IMG/VR virus record: IMGVR_UViG_3300043399_000446
Coordinates: 22,133 to 86,132 of that record
Strand: one strand, 5' to 3'
DNA length: 64,000 nt
From: a virus
Numbering within the stretch: the stretch's first letter is position 1; every line of letters begins with the position of its first letter. This document shows positions 40,478 to 50,045 of the stretch, piece by piece. Both the position numbers and the translations under genes were made by a program. Under the pieces are notes generated by a model. The model searched no databases and was not told the origin of the DNA. It was given only the letters and a program-made list of their open reading frames with translations.

Positions 40478-42184
40478 ATGCCCAAACTATCTTTATACAA
40501 ACCAAATAAGCAAAATGACTATAGGTTCTTTGATCGTACCATTTCAGAAATGTTTACGGCTGGAGCCACTGATTTGTATGTACACAAGTATGCGGGCGTA
40601 GCCAATACAGGCCCAAGCAATGACTTTACACAGCCTGAATACGATAAACCAGATCCAACACAAATACAAGATTTACTATTCTTAGAGAATAGGGATCGTG
40701 TGTACGACCAAAACATTTATAGATTACGTGGTCACTACAATGTACAGAACCTGGACTTCGACTTGAGTCAGTTTGGTTTGTTTCTAAACAATGATGTGAT
40801 CTTTATAACTGTACATTACAATGACATGATCGACATCATGGGTCGCAAGTTGATGGTAGGCGATGTAATAGAACTACCCCATCTTATTGATTACAATCCT
40901 CTTGACGAATCATTACAGTATGCTTTAAAAAGATTTTATCAAATCACTGACGCAAACTATGCCAGCGAAGGTTTCAGTCAAACTTGGTTCCCACATCTTT
41001 GGCGTATAAAGTGTGAACCCTTAATCAATAGTCAAGAGTTCCAAAACATACTCAACAAACCCAACAATGAAGATAACTATTTGGGCAATTATGATCCCGA
41101 TAAAACTTATCCACCTGGGTATACGGTTCAGTATGGCGACAAAGTTTATGAGTCATTGAAAGAAGTTCCTATAGGTAAAAATCCACCCGATCCAGAATTT
41201 TGGAAAGAAATACCTGAGGGTGGCACATTATCTGACATTATTTCAACTTATAATAAGAATATCGCAGTTAACGATGCGATGCTTGAAGAAGCAAAACGAT
41301 TGCTACCTAAGTCAGGATACGATACAGGTAATCTTTATGTCGTGCCAACTTACGGAGTAAAATCAGGTAAATTTGACCAACCTGCACCACCTATAAACAT
41401 TTTGGGTAGTCCATTAGGATTAAGTGCTGTTATAGGTACAGTTGTATTGATGAAAGATCCCAACTATAAGAATAGTAGCCCTGTCATCAAAGTGTCAAAG
41501 CAGGCAGTGCAGAGCTTTTGGGACATGACTGCTGACATGGATCACATAAGCGATCCATTAGACGCATTCGTTGCTTTAAGTTTAGAAACAGATGAAATAG
41601 CTCCTGAAAGAACATCCACAGGATCGGGTGCAGTAAGCGGTGAGAAAGTTGTTGTAGCACAAAGTAATGGTATCATTTTAGGACCCTATGGTACCGCCGA
41701 TAATACTTACGCAACTGCTGACCAAGATCCAGTAGCTCCTGGATTTACAGGTACAGAGCCATATGGTCCCAATACAATGAACTATCGCGCAGACTGCGAT
41801 CCAAGATTTCAGTTCATAGCGCGTAGCAGTCCAAGATCATTTGGTTATACTACAGGATACCTAACAGGTGACGGTACTGCACCAAATGGTTTCCCAACAG
41901 GCGTGGGTATTTCCTTCCCACAAGATCCTAAAGTAGGCGATTATTTCTTGCGTATAGATTATTTTCCTCAACTACTTTATAGATGGGATGGTAATCTTTG
42001 GATTAGAATAAGCGAAAATGTAAGAACAGATACAGGCTTCACCGCAGAAGATCAATCACAACTATCCGGATTCATCAACAATGAAAACACAACTACATTG
42101 ACTGATGGCGAAGTTGTACCTCAAGCACAAGCACTATCTACAATCTTGACTGTAGCTCCTGACGACATTCCTCCAGAAGCTTAA
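40478..42184 (+). CDS. neck/head-closure protein (gp14-like) with extensions
   Basis: MPKLSLYKP, LSQFGLFL, VGDVIELP; start 5 nt after TAAATA. Confidence 0.7.
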   Translation: MPKLSLYKPNKQNDYRFFDRTISEMFTAGATDLYVHKYAGVANTGPSNDFTQPEYDKPDPTQIQDLLFLENRDRVYDQNIYRLRGHYNVQNLDFDLSQFGLFLNNDVIFITVHYNDMIDIMGRKLMVGDVIELPHLIDYNPLDESLQYALKRFYQITDANYASEGFSQTWFPHLWRIKCEPLINSQEFQNILNKPNNEDNYLGNYDPDKTYPPGYTVQYGDKVYESLKEVPIGKNPPDPEFWKEIPEGGTLSDIISTYNKNIAVNDAMLEEAKRLLPKSGYDTGNLYVVPTYGVKSGKFDQPAPPINILGSPLGLSAVIGTVVLMKDPNYKNSSPVIKVSKQAVQSFWDMTADMDHISDPLDAFVALSLETDEIAPERTSTGSGAVSGEKVVVAQSNGIILGPYGTADNTYATADQDPVAPGFTGTEPYGPNTMNYRADCDPRFQFIARSSPRSFGYTTGYLTGDGTAPNGFPTGVGISFPQDPKVGDYFLRIDYFPQLLYRWDGNLWIRISENVRTDTGFTAEDQSQLSGFINNENTTTLTDGEVVPQAQALSTILTVAPDDIPPEA

Positions 42185-42804
42185 CTAGGTTTAAACTTAC
42201 AGTTATCAAAGTGCCATCTAGGCATGGTACACGATCCCCCTTGCTTATTGCAATGGGGACATGTTACTATTGGGTATTTCATACCAGTCCTTGACTTTGC
42301 GCTTTTTTCTATCCATTCTTTTGATAAAGGTCTTCCTTTATTTTTATTAGGTCGTGTTCTTTCTTTAGATTTATTAGATTTTTTATATTTTAATCCTATC
42401 TTTTTTGCAAGATATTCAGGAGAGCGTTTTATACCTCTTTGTCTTTTACTTTTATTTTCGTTTTCTTCAGTAGAATGTTTTTTGCCTTTAAGCGCCTCAA
42501 TGATTTTTTTTCTACCCTCAAGTCCAGGATCGCCTCCATCCTTGCCATTCTCGTACTTTAAATTGGCCCAATGTACAGACTCAACTATATTATTATCCAT
42601 GGAAAATTGCAATGCAAAATTAGTGCAATCTTCTTGATTGTTGAATTCCCATACAGAAACGGTTTCTATGTCTTTTCCGTGTTTTTTTAAATGTCTATTC
42701 CAATATTTTCCAGATCCTGTATAATTATAAGGATCTATGGTTGTCTTTCCAAAATAATTCAATCCGGTTTTACGATGACGTTTATGATATAGATAAATAA
42801 TCAT
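42181..42804 (-). mobile_element. Seg-like GIY-YIG homing endonuclease B, inverted between gp14 and gp15
   Basis: IYLY...YFGKT...Y-x-GSG, NUMOD3-like basic repeats, CPHC...RWHFDNC. Confidence 0.75.
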
Positions 42805-42869
42805 GCTGATAGCTCCTTCATAGCATTAGAGTAGTTGGGGACTGCAATCCCGCGAACTACACATATTTA
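42794..42869 (-). promoter_or_regulatory. conserved structured endonuclease leader, copy 2
   Basis: TAAATA-GTAGTT CGC GGGA loop TCCC C AACTAC-TCTAATGCT-AAGGAGC-CAGC-ATG, plus antisense TAAATA. Confidence 0.8.
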
Positions 42870-42884
42870 TTCAAGGAATTAATT

Positions 42885-44255
42885 TTGGCTACCTATTTTT
42901 ATGACGCGCAGATAAGACGATTTTTAATTCAATTCGCAAAAATCTTCAGTTCGTGGTATGTCACTAAAGGCAAGGATCCTAACGGAAATCCTATACTTGT
43001 TCGTGTTCCTATCATGTATGGAGATAGTAGCCGCCAAGCAGCTACTATTATTGCTAATAATAGTGCCAGCAATTTACCTACTGCACCTTTACTTACATAC
43101 CACATTACAGGATTAGAATACGATCAACGTAGAACTCAAGTACCTACTTTAGTAGACAAGATGCAGGTAAGACAAAGAACTTACAATCCTGAATCACAAA
43201 GTTATGAGACTACTCAGGGGCAGGCATTTACTGTTGAAAGATTGATGCCCGTACCTTATACACTAAGATTACAGGTAGATTTTTGGTCTACAAACTATCA
43301 GCAAAAATTAGAGTTAGTAGAACAGTTAGGAACATTATTCAATCCTGGCTTAGACATTCAAAGCACAGATAACTTTATAGATTGGACATCGCTAACGGTA
43401 GTATTTCAAGATGGTATAACTTGGAGTTCTCGTAGCATACCGCAGGGCACAAACAATCCTATCGACGTACTGTCTTGGAAGTTTTACATTCCTATTTGGA
43501 TCAGTACTAGTGCTAAACTTAAAAAGATGGGTGTTATTCATAAAGTTATTGCTTCGATACATAAAGGCACAGCTTTACAAGACATACAAGACGAAGATTT
43601 ATTGTTGGGAACAAGACAAAAGATTTCACCTTATGGTTATAAAGTACTATTGATAAATGGTATGCTACAGCTATTACCAAATGATGTAGCTTTTTATCCA
43701 CCTAATGAGTCTATTGAAGAACCTACAAATCCCAATACATCGATTTATTGGTCATCGTTGTTAAATGTTTATGGTACTATAAAACCAGGAATTTCACAAA
43801 TTTGGTTACAAAATCCCTATATGGAAACTGAAATTGTAGGTACAATAACACCTGATCCATTAGACGATAGATTCTTGATCTATAATATTGATCCTGATAC
43901 ATTACCTCAAAATACATTGGGACCTGTCGATAGTATCATCAATCCACAATTAGTAGGTCCTAACGCGGGGTTACCAGGACCTGTAAATGGTCGAAGATAC
44001 CTAATAGTTGAAAACATTGGATTCCCAGGTAGCCCAACAGTAGCTTGGGGTGATTTGGTAGCTAATGCTAACGACATAATAGAATACAACTCCAGTACTG
44101 GTGAATGGCATGTTTCATTTGACAGTCAAGTATCAGATAGTGTAGAATACGTTACTAATCTTACTACCAACATTCAATACCGTTTTACAGAAGGTGTTTG
44201 GATGAAATCATTTGAAGGGTGGTATGGAGAAGGCGATTATTCTATAGTTATCTAA
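42885..44255 (+). CDS. tail terminator / sheath stabiliser (gp15-like)
   Basis: YFYDAQIRRF, VPIMYG, MPVPY, QKLELVEQ...FNP; TTG start. Confidence 0.8.
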   Translation: MATYFYDAQIRRFLIQFAKIFSSWYVTKGKDPNGNPILVRVPIMYGDSSRQAATIIANNSASNLPTAPLLTYHITGLEYDQRRTQVPTLVDKMQVRQRTYNPESQSYETTQGQAFTVERLMPVPYTLRLQVDFWSTNYQQKLELVEQLGTLFNPGLDIQSTDNFIDWTSLTVVFQDGITWSSRSIPQGTNNPIDVLSWKFYIPIWISTSAKLKKMGVIHKVIASIHKGTALQDIQDEDLLLGTRQKISPYGYKVLLINGMLQLLPNDVAFYPPNESIEEPTNPNTSIYWSSLLNVYGTIKPGISQIWLQNPYMETEIVGTITPDPLDDRFLIYNIDPDTLPQNTLGPVDSIINPQLVGPNAGLPGPVNGRRYLIVENIGFPGSPTVAWGDLVANANDIIEYNSSTGEWHVSFDSQVSDSVEYVTNLTTNIQYRFTEGVWMKSFEGWYGEGDYSIVI

Positions 44256-44256
44256 A

Positions 44257-44670
44257 ATGAACAATACAAGCGCAGGAATTTTTTTCTATTCACAATCTAC
44301 TAACAGATACCTTTATCTACTAAGAAATGATTCTAAGAATAATTCTTGGGGTCTTCCAGGTGGTAAGATTGAAGAGTCAGAAACTCTCTTAGAGGGATTA
44401 GTTAGAGAATGCGAAGAAGAGATTGGATTCTTCCCAAATAATACAAAATTAGTACCTATACAAAAATTTATAAACAATAATTTTGTTTATCATACATTTT
44501 TTTGTATTGTAGAAAATGAATTCATACCTATTTTGAACGATGAGCATTCAGGTTATGCTTGGGTAGTTTTGGGACAATATCCTAAACCTTTACATCCTGG
44601 GGTATTCAATATGATAAACTTTGAAGTAGTTCAAGAAAAACTTAGCTTACTTACTAAAAAAGCCCCTTGA
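44257..44670 (+). CDS. Nudix hydrolase
   Basis: GG-x-x-E-x7-RECEEEIG Nudix box. Confidence 0.88.
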   Translation: MNNTSAGIFFYSQSTNRYLYLLRNDSKNNSWGLPGGKIEESETLLEGLVRECEEEIGFFPNNTKLVPIQKFINNNFVYHTFFCIVENEFIPILNDEHSGYAWVVLGQYPKPLHPGVFNMINFEVVQEKLSLLTKKAP

Positions 44671-44682
44671 AGGGGCTTTTTT
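44656..44682. terminator. bidirectional terminator
   Basis: A6-GCCCCT-TGA-AGGGGC-T6. Confidence 0.85.
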
Positions 44683-45004
44683 ATTGAAACAATTTTGCAA
44701 TAGAATCTATACCTAAATAGCCTATTACTATACCTGCACCCATAATCATCCAACGCCATTTTTCTAAACCGTTTATTTTTCTTTCTAGTTTAGTGTGGGC
44801 ATCTAGATTACCCTGATGAACTTCTTTGAGTAATCGTTGAGTTTCTTCAGAGTTTTTATCCAATTTAGCTGTGACTTCCTTCAAGTCCTCTTTGATGTCG
44901 TTGAATTTTTCTTCAACATTACCAACTCTGACTTGAAGGACAGCTACTTCAGTATCCAACTTAGATGATCGCGCTCGCTGCGCTTTCGCTACATTGAGTG
45001 CCAT
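44681..45004 (-). CDS. coiled-coil protein with C-terminal TM helix (XhlA/holin-like)
   Basis: heptad region followed by LEKWRWMIMGAGIVIG. Confidence 0.5.
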   Translation of the reverse strand: MALNVAKAQRARSSKLDTEVAVLQVRVGNVEEKFNDIKEDLKEVTAKLDKNSEETQRLLKEVHQGNLDAHTKLERKINGLEKWRWMIMGAGIVIGYLGIDSIAKLFQ

Positions 45005-45010
45005 GATTCA

Positions 45011-45961
45011 TTATTCCTTGTTGATACTTACGATAGGATAAGTTACACCAGCGGCTGCATTAGCATCTTCTGCACTATTGAATGTTGCATAAGCAGGATT
45101 TGCATTTTGTAGTAAGGGCGCACTGTTACCAAAAATTTCAAGATTCACATCGCTCAAGCTTTGTACAAATGCTGTAGCAGCATTAGCATAAGTTGCGATA
45201 ATGTTCATTGTATTTGGTGTTAGTGAAGCATTAGCTACGTTAGCTGTTTGACACTGAGCTACTAGGCCACTTGTTGCACCTTGAACTAGATACTTTTGTT
45301 TGCCTTTTTGACGAACAATAAATCCTGGCTCGTTTGTGGCAAAAACGAATGCGGCATCAGTAGCATCAACTTCTGCGTTTGCAGCTAGTTCTAGTTCAGT
45401 ATCACTTGTAATTGAATCTACGTAGCCCACTAATGTACCGTCAGCTAATGTTAGAACTGAACCCACAGCTAGTTCTGTATCAAATGCTGTATCTACACCA
45501 GTAACTGTTGTGCTTGTAGCGTCTGTAGTAATTGTTCCGGTACCTGTTTGACCAATAGCTACACGGCACAATACTTGATTACCATAAATTGCTGTATTAC
45601 CACCGACTACACCATAAGTGTTTGAAATACCAGCTGGATTGTTGAAACCTGAATCAACTACACCAACTGATGCTGCTACACTTTGACCTGTTGTTGCTGA
45701 AAGATTTACAGGTGTATAAGTAGGATTTGCATTTAGAGGTGTCGCTGATACTGTGAAAGTAGAAGCACCGGTAACTTTTAGAATCCAGTATGTTGTACCA
45801 GCAACCAAGCCACCTACGTTACTTGCTGCAACGAATGGCATACCTGCAATAATACCTAGGCTAGCTAATGTCTGTGATACTGTAACTTCTTCTGTACTTG
45901 CGTTTGTTGCTGTGATTGTAAGCACGGCTTGTGCTTTTGCGATTTTTAGAGGACGTCCCAT
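45011..45961 (-). CDS. virion structural protein (MGRPLK family)
   Basis: A/T/G-rich, IVRQKG motif, strong SD, late promoter. Confidence 0.6.
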   Translation of the reverse strand: MGRPLKIAKAQAVLTITATNASTEEVTVSQTLASLGIIAGMPFVAASNVGGLVAGTTYWILKVTGASTFTVSATPLNANPTYTPVNLSATTGQSVAASVGVVDSGFNNPAGISNTYGVVGGNTAIYGNQVLCRVAIGQTGTGTITTDATSTTVTGVDTAFDTELAVGSVLTLADGTLVGYVDSITSDTELELAANAEVDATDAAFVFATNEPGFIVRQKGKQKYLVQGATSGLVAQCQTANVANASLTPNTMNIIATYANAATAFVQSLSDVNLEIFGNSAPLLQNANPAYATFNSAEDANAAAGVTYPIVSINKE

Positions 45962-45976
45962 TTGTTTCTCCTTTTG

Positions 45977-46040
45977 TGACGGGCGTTCTAGGCCCTACGC
46001 GGTGGGGACCGCATAAACTCTCCCCATGAGAGTATAGTCA
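45977..46040 (-). ncRNA. cis-regulatory structured leader (4-way junction with kissing loops)
   Basis: P1 TGAC/GTCA encloses three hairpins; TGGG(GA) and TCCCCA loops are complementary. Confidence 0.65.
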
Positions 46041-46064
46041 AGTATTTATCTAAAACGGATAATT

Positions 46065-46310
46065 TTAGAGGCGCCAGGGACGGCCTAGTGCAGGCAATAC
46101 CGCCCTATCAGCCCAAGTAGTAAACACATTATATTCTCTGTAATAAGGTTCACCTACAGCAGACCTTATAGGTTCAGACACCATCAATAGTTTTATACTT
46201 GCTTTAGCTTGTTGGAAGGTTAGGCCTTGACTGGTCATAAGGGCAGGTGCGTTTTCAGTTATGTATTGATTCCAATTACTATATCCTGGGGGTACTAAAG
46301 GCAAAGCCAT
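46065..46310 (-). CDS. hypothetical protein
   Basis: 81 aa, SD, C-terminal GRPW. Confidence 0.6.
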   Translation of the reverse strand: MALPLVPPGYSNWNQYITENAPALMTSQGLTFQQAKASIKLLMVSEPIRSAVGEPYYREYNVFTTWADRAVLPALGRPWRL

Positions 46311-46322
46311 ATTACAATTTCC

Positions 46323-48959
46323 TTATGTAAGTAGTGCAATTTTTTGAATAAATGCAAGCGCGAAGAAACCGGGAACTGTCGCTGACGCACTTAATCCATG
46401 GCTGTGGGCACCATCTGAAATTATCCCATGAAAGTGTGGATTAGCACCCGCGTTCTCGTTTCCTTGGGCAGGACCTGAATTCTGACCACCAGTCCATCTC
46501 GTGCCTGAATCTATGAAAAAAACACCATTATCATAATCCATTCCTCTACTTGAACCTGGACCCTGCAGGAATTGATAACCATAAACGGGGTCTATCCATT
46601 CATATATAGCTCCAGTAAATGCTTCACTATATCTAATATTTCTGAATGTATGCGCGTGGCCGGGTATTTGATCTATAGACAGCCATGCTCCCTGTGTACT
46701 AAATCCGTGAGCATGAGTACCTGCAGTAAATGTTGACCCTGATACCGGAGTGCTTCCCTGGCCGGCCCACCATCCGCCAGTACCATTTTGACCATATATG
46801 CCCCCACCAAATGCTGCAATAAATCTGTCAGTCAAATTAAGAGTACCGTTTTGACCATTACATAAAGCCCAACCTGAAGGTATGTTACCCATTGTCCCGG
46901 CCCATGCTTTAATTGTACCTAGAGGTTCTATGGTGTTAATCAAATTTTTAACCCATGCTTCAGTAGCACTAGCCCCCCAATTTACATTAGTTCCATTAGA
47001 TACTAAAACGGCGCCCGCGTTGCCTGATTGACTAGGTAACAAAGCATTAATTGCAGCAGCCCTTGTTGACTGGCCTGTTCCTCCTGATGATATAGGTAAT
47101 ATTCCTGAGACTTGGCTAGTTAAACTTACTGGATTATTTAAGTTTGCTGTGGGGATTGATGTTAGTCCTATACCATTGCCCACGATGGCTGCGTTCGCTC
47201 CACCAATGGTACTGGCGTTAACTGTTGTAAATGTACCCTGCGAGGCTTGAATATTTCCACTACTGATATTTCCTGTTACACTTGCTGATCCACCTATGGA
47301 AATATTACCTGTAGCTGATAGCGCAGCGGCAGTTATAGTTAATTGTCCAGATCCTACAACTCCTAAATTACCACTTGCCATTAATCTTACATCATAGTCA
47401 ACTGCATTTCTACTAGTATTAAAATCTATATAAGGAGATGATGACGCTGTACCATTGACTAACCCTAGACTTATTGATCCTCCTGAATCAGTCTGTGTTA
47501 TAACTCTGCCTGCAACACCATTTGCAGTAAATATGCCAGAAGTAACAATACCTGAAACATTTAACCCTGTTAGTGTGCCTAATGATGTAATATTAGGTTG
47601 TGCGTTAGTGTATACTGTGCCTGCTATTAATGCGCTTGCTACCTGACCATTGATATTTCCTGCAGGTAAATTTGTTAGTAAAGCGCCGTTACCTGACACA
47701 TTTACAAATACACCATTTGTTGCACCTAAATTACCAACATTAGCATTCCCACTTACACTTAATAGACCTGTTGTTCTTAAATTACCCCCTTGAATATTAC
47801 CCGTTGCTGTTATTATACCTGCAGTGCCTATGTTACCAATATTAGCATTTGCAGTTATATTAATACCTGTAGAAGTAAATGTCGCAACACTTGCTGTTCC
47901 TGTTATGCCTACTATTATATTGCCGCTAGTATTAACAATTATGTTGCTATTGCCATTAATTAAATTTCCTGCAGTTTGAACATTAGCATTAGGTATTCTA
48001 ATAGAACTTGATACTACCAAAGGAGCTTGACTTATTGTAGTTGAAACTATTTGTGAGCCAGTGACTGTTGCCGCAGTACTTAAAGCACCAGCATTAATTG
48101 TACCACTGACATTTGCATTTCCTGAAACGTTTAATAAGCTGTTGATCCAAGTTAATTGAGCACTACCATTAGAGAAACCGCTTTGGTTGAATTGTATGGA
48201 TCCTTCAATACCCTGTGCTATACTGCTTACGTCCGAGGCCGAGGATAATAAAGATACCGCTATGCCTGAGTTAGGAATATAAGTTCCTAATGTATTACCG
48301 TTTACTGCTACTTGGCGACTGGGATCATAGAATAATGAAACATTACCTGACACAGGGAAATCGTTGGCCACATCAACATAAAAATCCTGGCCATTAAGTA
48401 TAGTATTTGCATTGGTAGCATTTGCACCTGATATAGTAATTTTTAAACCATTTACATATGGTGCATTGGGATCTATTTTTATTATTAGAGGTACTTCATC
48501 AGAATACAAATTTAAAATTTGATTTCTTAATGTACCTTTAGTACTCCAAGATAAATTCCCTTGGCCATCCGTTTCCAAAACATATCCCAATGACCCACCG
48601 CCTAGTTTTACATTACCTACATCACCTAAATGTACTTTATTATTTCTGTATTCCGAGGTATTGCCAGGATTAAGTGCATTGCCGCCTGTATTAACCCATG
48701 TATTTGATATTTTGTTATAAGTTATGAGTTGACCTTCTACAGGAGTAGAAAAATCTAAATTACCATAACTACCCTCTATTTGCCCAAAACTAATGTCTGA
48801 ATAAGAAGTCAAAACCTCAACATTTTCATCAGGAGTGGTACTACCAATAAACAATCTTCTAGCATCATTGGCCCATCCCAACTCTGCTTCAGCTAATTGA
48901 GGCAAATCTACAAGGTCACCTGATCTTTGAATTATTCTTGATATCTGAATTATAGCCAT
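46323..48959 (-). CDS. tail fibre protein with collar-type C-terminus
   Basis: MAIIQISRI...LPQLAEAELGW...RLFIG N-terminus; PLGTIKAWAG...PSGWALCNG collar; H-x-H tip motifs. Confidence 0.8.
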   Translation of the reverse strand: MAIIQISRIIQRSGDLVDLPQLAEAELGWANDARRLFIGSTTPDENVEVLTSYSDISFGQIEGSYGNLDFSTPVEGQLITYNKISNTWVNTGGNALNPGNTSEYRNNKVHLGDVGNVKLGGGSLGYVLETDGQGNLSWSTKGTLRNQILNLYSDEVPLIIKIDPNAPYVNGLKITISGANATNANTILNGQDFYVDVANDFPVSGNVSLFYDPSRQVAVNGNTLGTYIPNSGIAVSLLSSASDVSSIAQGIEGSIQFNQSGFSNGSAQLTWINSLLNVSGNANVSGTINAGALSTAATVTGSQIVSTTISQAPLVVSSSIRIPNANVQTAGNLINGNSNIIVNTSGNIIVGITGTASVATFTSTGINITANANIGNIGTAGIITATGNIQGGNLRTTGLLSVSGNANVGNLGATNGVFVNVSGNGALLTNLPAGNINGQVASALIAGTVYTNAQPNITSLGTLTGLNVSGIVTSGIFTANGVAGRVITQTDSGGSISLGLVNGTASSSPYIDFNTSRNAVDYDVRLMASGNLGVVGSGQLTITAAALSATGNISIGGSASVTGNISSGNIQASQGTFTTVNASTIGGANAAIVGNGIGLTSIPTANLNNPVSLTSQVSGILPISSGGTGQSTRAAAINALLPSQSGNAGAVLVSNGTNVNWGASATEAWVKNLINTIEPLGTIKAWAGTMGNIPSGWALCNGQNGTLNLTDRFIAAFGGGIYGQNGTGGWWAGQGSTPVSGSTFTAGTHAHGFSTQGAWLSIDQIPGHAHTFRNIRYSEAFTGAIYEWIDPVYGYQFLQGPGSSRGMDYDNGVFFIDSGTRWTGGQNSGPAQGNENAGANPHFHGIISDGAHSHGLSASATVPGFFALAFIQKIALLT

Positions 48960-48997
48960 AAGTGATAATTACCATTATCACTTATTTATCATTTATA

Positions 48998-49684
48998 TCA
49001 TACTAATTGGAGATAGTACTGTTCTATACGGCGCCACATCAGGTCTACATATTTTTCCCATTCAGCGCCTTCCACTATGAATTCTTGGTATATGTTATCA
49101 GCGGTACACATAAAAATAACACCTTTTTGTATATTTGTGCCATATACTTCATTGTGTGCTGTGGCATAAAATGCTAACTGAATGAAATAATCATCAATCC
49201 ATTCGCGTTTTTTTAATTTATTAGATTGTTTATGATCCATTATAGCTTCGGAACCATCATGTACGCCTACTAAGTCAGTAGTTCCTGCATAAACTTTGGG
49301 AAAATAAAGTGATACCTCTGTACCCCAAAATTCATTACATTTAGATAGCCCTTGATAGATGATAGATTGTGCCATTTTATGGCTTTGTATGGAATAGGGA
49401 TTATTTCCTGGAGTACCTAAAACTCCTGTTTTTACATAATCTTCTATCCACTTGTGCATTCTAGTACCACGACCAGCAGCCTCAGTAGTAATGGCCTGTG
49501 CTTGTTTATGTCCTACACGATTACGCCATTCTTGTAGTGCTTTTTTCTTTTCTTCGGGCTTTGTGGTTTCAAGTATAGTAGTAACACTGGGTAATTTTAA
49601 ACCATCAGGTGTAGCGTATTTGCGAGATCCATCTATATTTTCTCGGGATAAAGGAGTGTAATTAAATTTATTCGGAATATACAT
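48998..49684 (-). CDS. PD-(D/E)XK exonuclease
   Basis: PSVTTIL, GTRMH, AGTTDL, MDHKQ, QLAFYA. Confidence 0.8.
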   Translation of the reverse strand: MYIPNKFNYTPLSRENIDGSRKYATPDGLKLPSVTTILETTKPEEKKKALQEWRNRVGHKQAQAITTEAAGRGTRMHKWIEDYVKTGVLGTPGNNPYSIQSHKMAQSIIYQGLSKCNEFWGTEVSLYFPKVYAGTTDLVGVHDGSEAIMDHKQSNKLKKREWIDDYFIQLAFYATAHNEVYGTNIQKGVIFMCTADNIYQEFIVEGAEWEKYVDLMWRRIEQYYLQLV

Positions 49685-49690
49685 CACTAT

Positions 49691-49719
49691 ATTATATCAT
49701 ACCTTAATGGTAGATACAA
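49691..49719 (-). promoter_or_regulatory. sigma70-like promoter, leaderless
   Basis: TTGTAT-17 nt-TATAAT with TG, ATG 6 nt downstream. Confidence 0.6.
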
Positions 49720-49724
49720 ATCGT

Positions 49725-50045
49725 TTATACCCTAAAACTCTCTCCGCAACCGCAGCGGCTTTTTTCTTTAGGATTGTTAAACTCAAACCCTTCATTTAGG
49801 CCTTGTTTAACGTAGTCAACGGTTATTCCCTCTAGATAAACTATAGATTTAGCATCAATTAGAACCCTACACCCCTCGAATCCAAAGATGCTGTCACCCA
49901 GTTCAAATTTGTCAGCGAATTCTATTGTATATGCTAAACCTGAACAACCCGTAGTTTTTACTCCTAAACGGATTCCTAATCCTTTTCCTCTTTTTTCTAT
50001 TTGAGATTTTACTTTTTCTATTGCAGCAGGAGTTAATGTAATCAT
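49725..50045 (-). CDS. iscA: iron-sulfur cluster assembly protein IscA
   Basis: GVKTTGCSGLAY, NP...CGCGESF. Confidence 0.92.
   Translation of the reverse strand: MITLTPAAIEKVKSQIEKRGKGLGIRLGVKTTGCSGLAYTIEFADKFELGDSIFGFEGCRVLIDAKSIVYLEGITVDYVKQGLNEGFEFNNPKEKSRCGCGESFRV

Noticed and set aside
42838-42851. GGGACTGCAATCCC resembles a tRNA-Cys anticodon arm
   Set aside because: No acceptor, D or T arms; the loop differs in the other two leader copies.
42805-42860. Leader antisense strand as a hammerhead, HDV-like or twister ribozyme (CTGAT.., GCGAA)
   Set aside because: Core nucleotides are not conserved across the three copies and the helix order does not fit these topologies.
46323-48959. Diversity-generating retroelement targeting the tail fibre
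   Set aside because: No reverse transcriptase or TR/VR repeat pair seen in this window.
48998-49684. Cas4 / CRISPR link
   Set aside because: Lacks the four-Cys Fe-S motif; no repeat-spacer array seen anywhere in the window.
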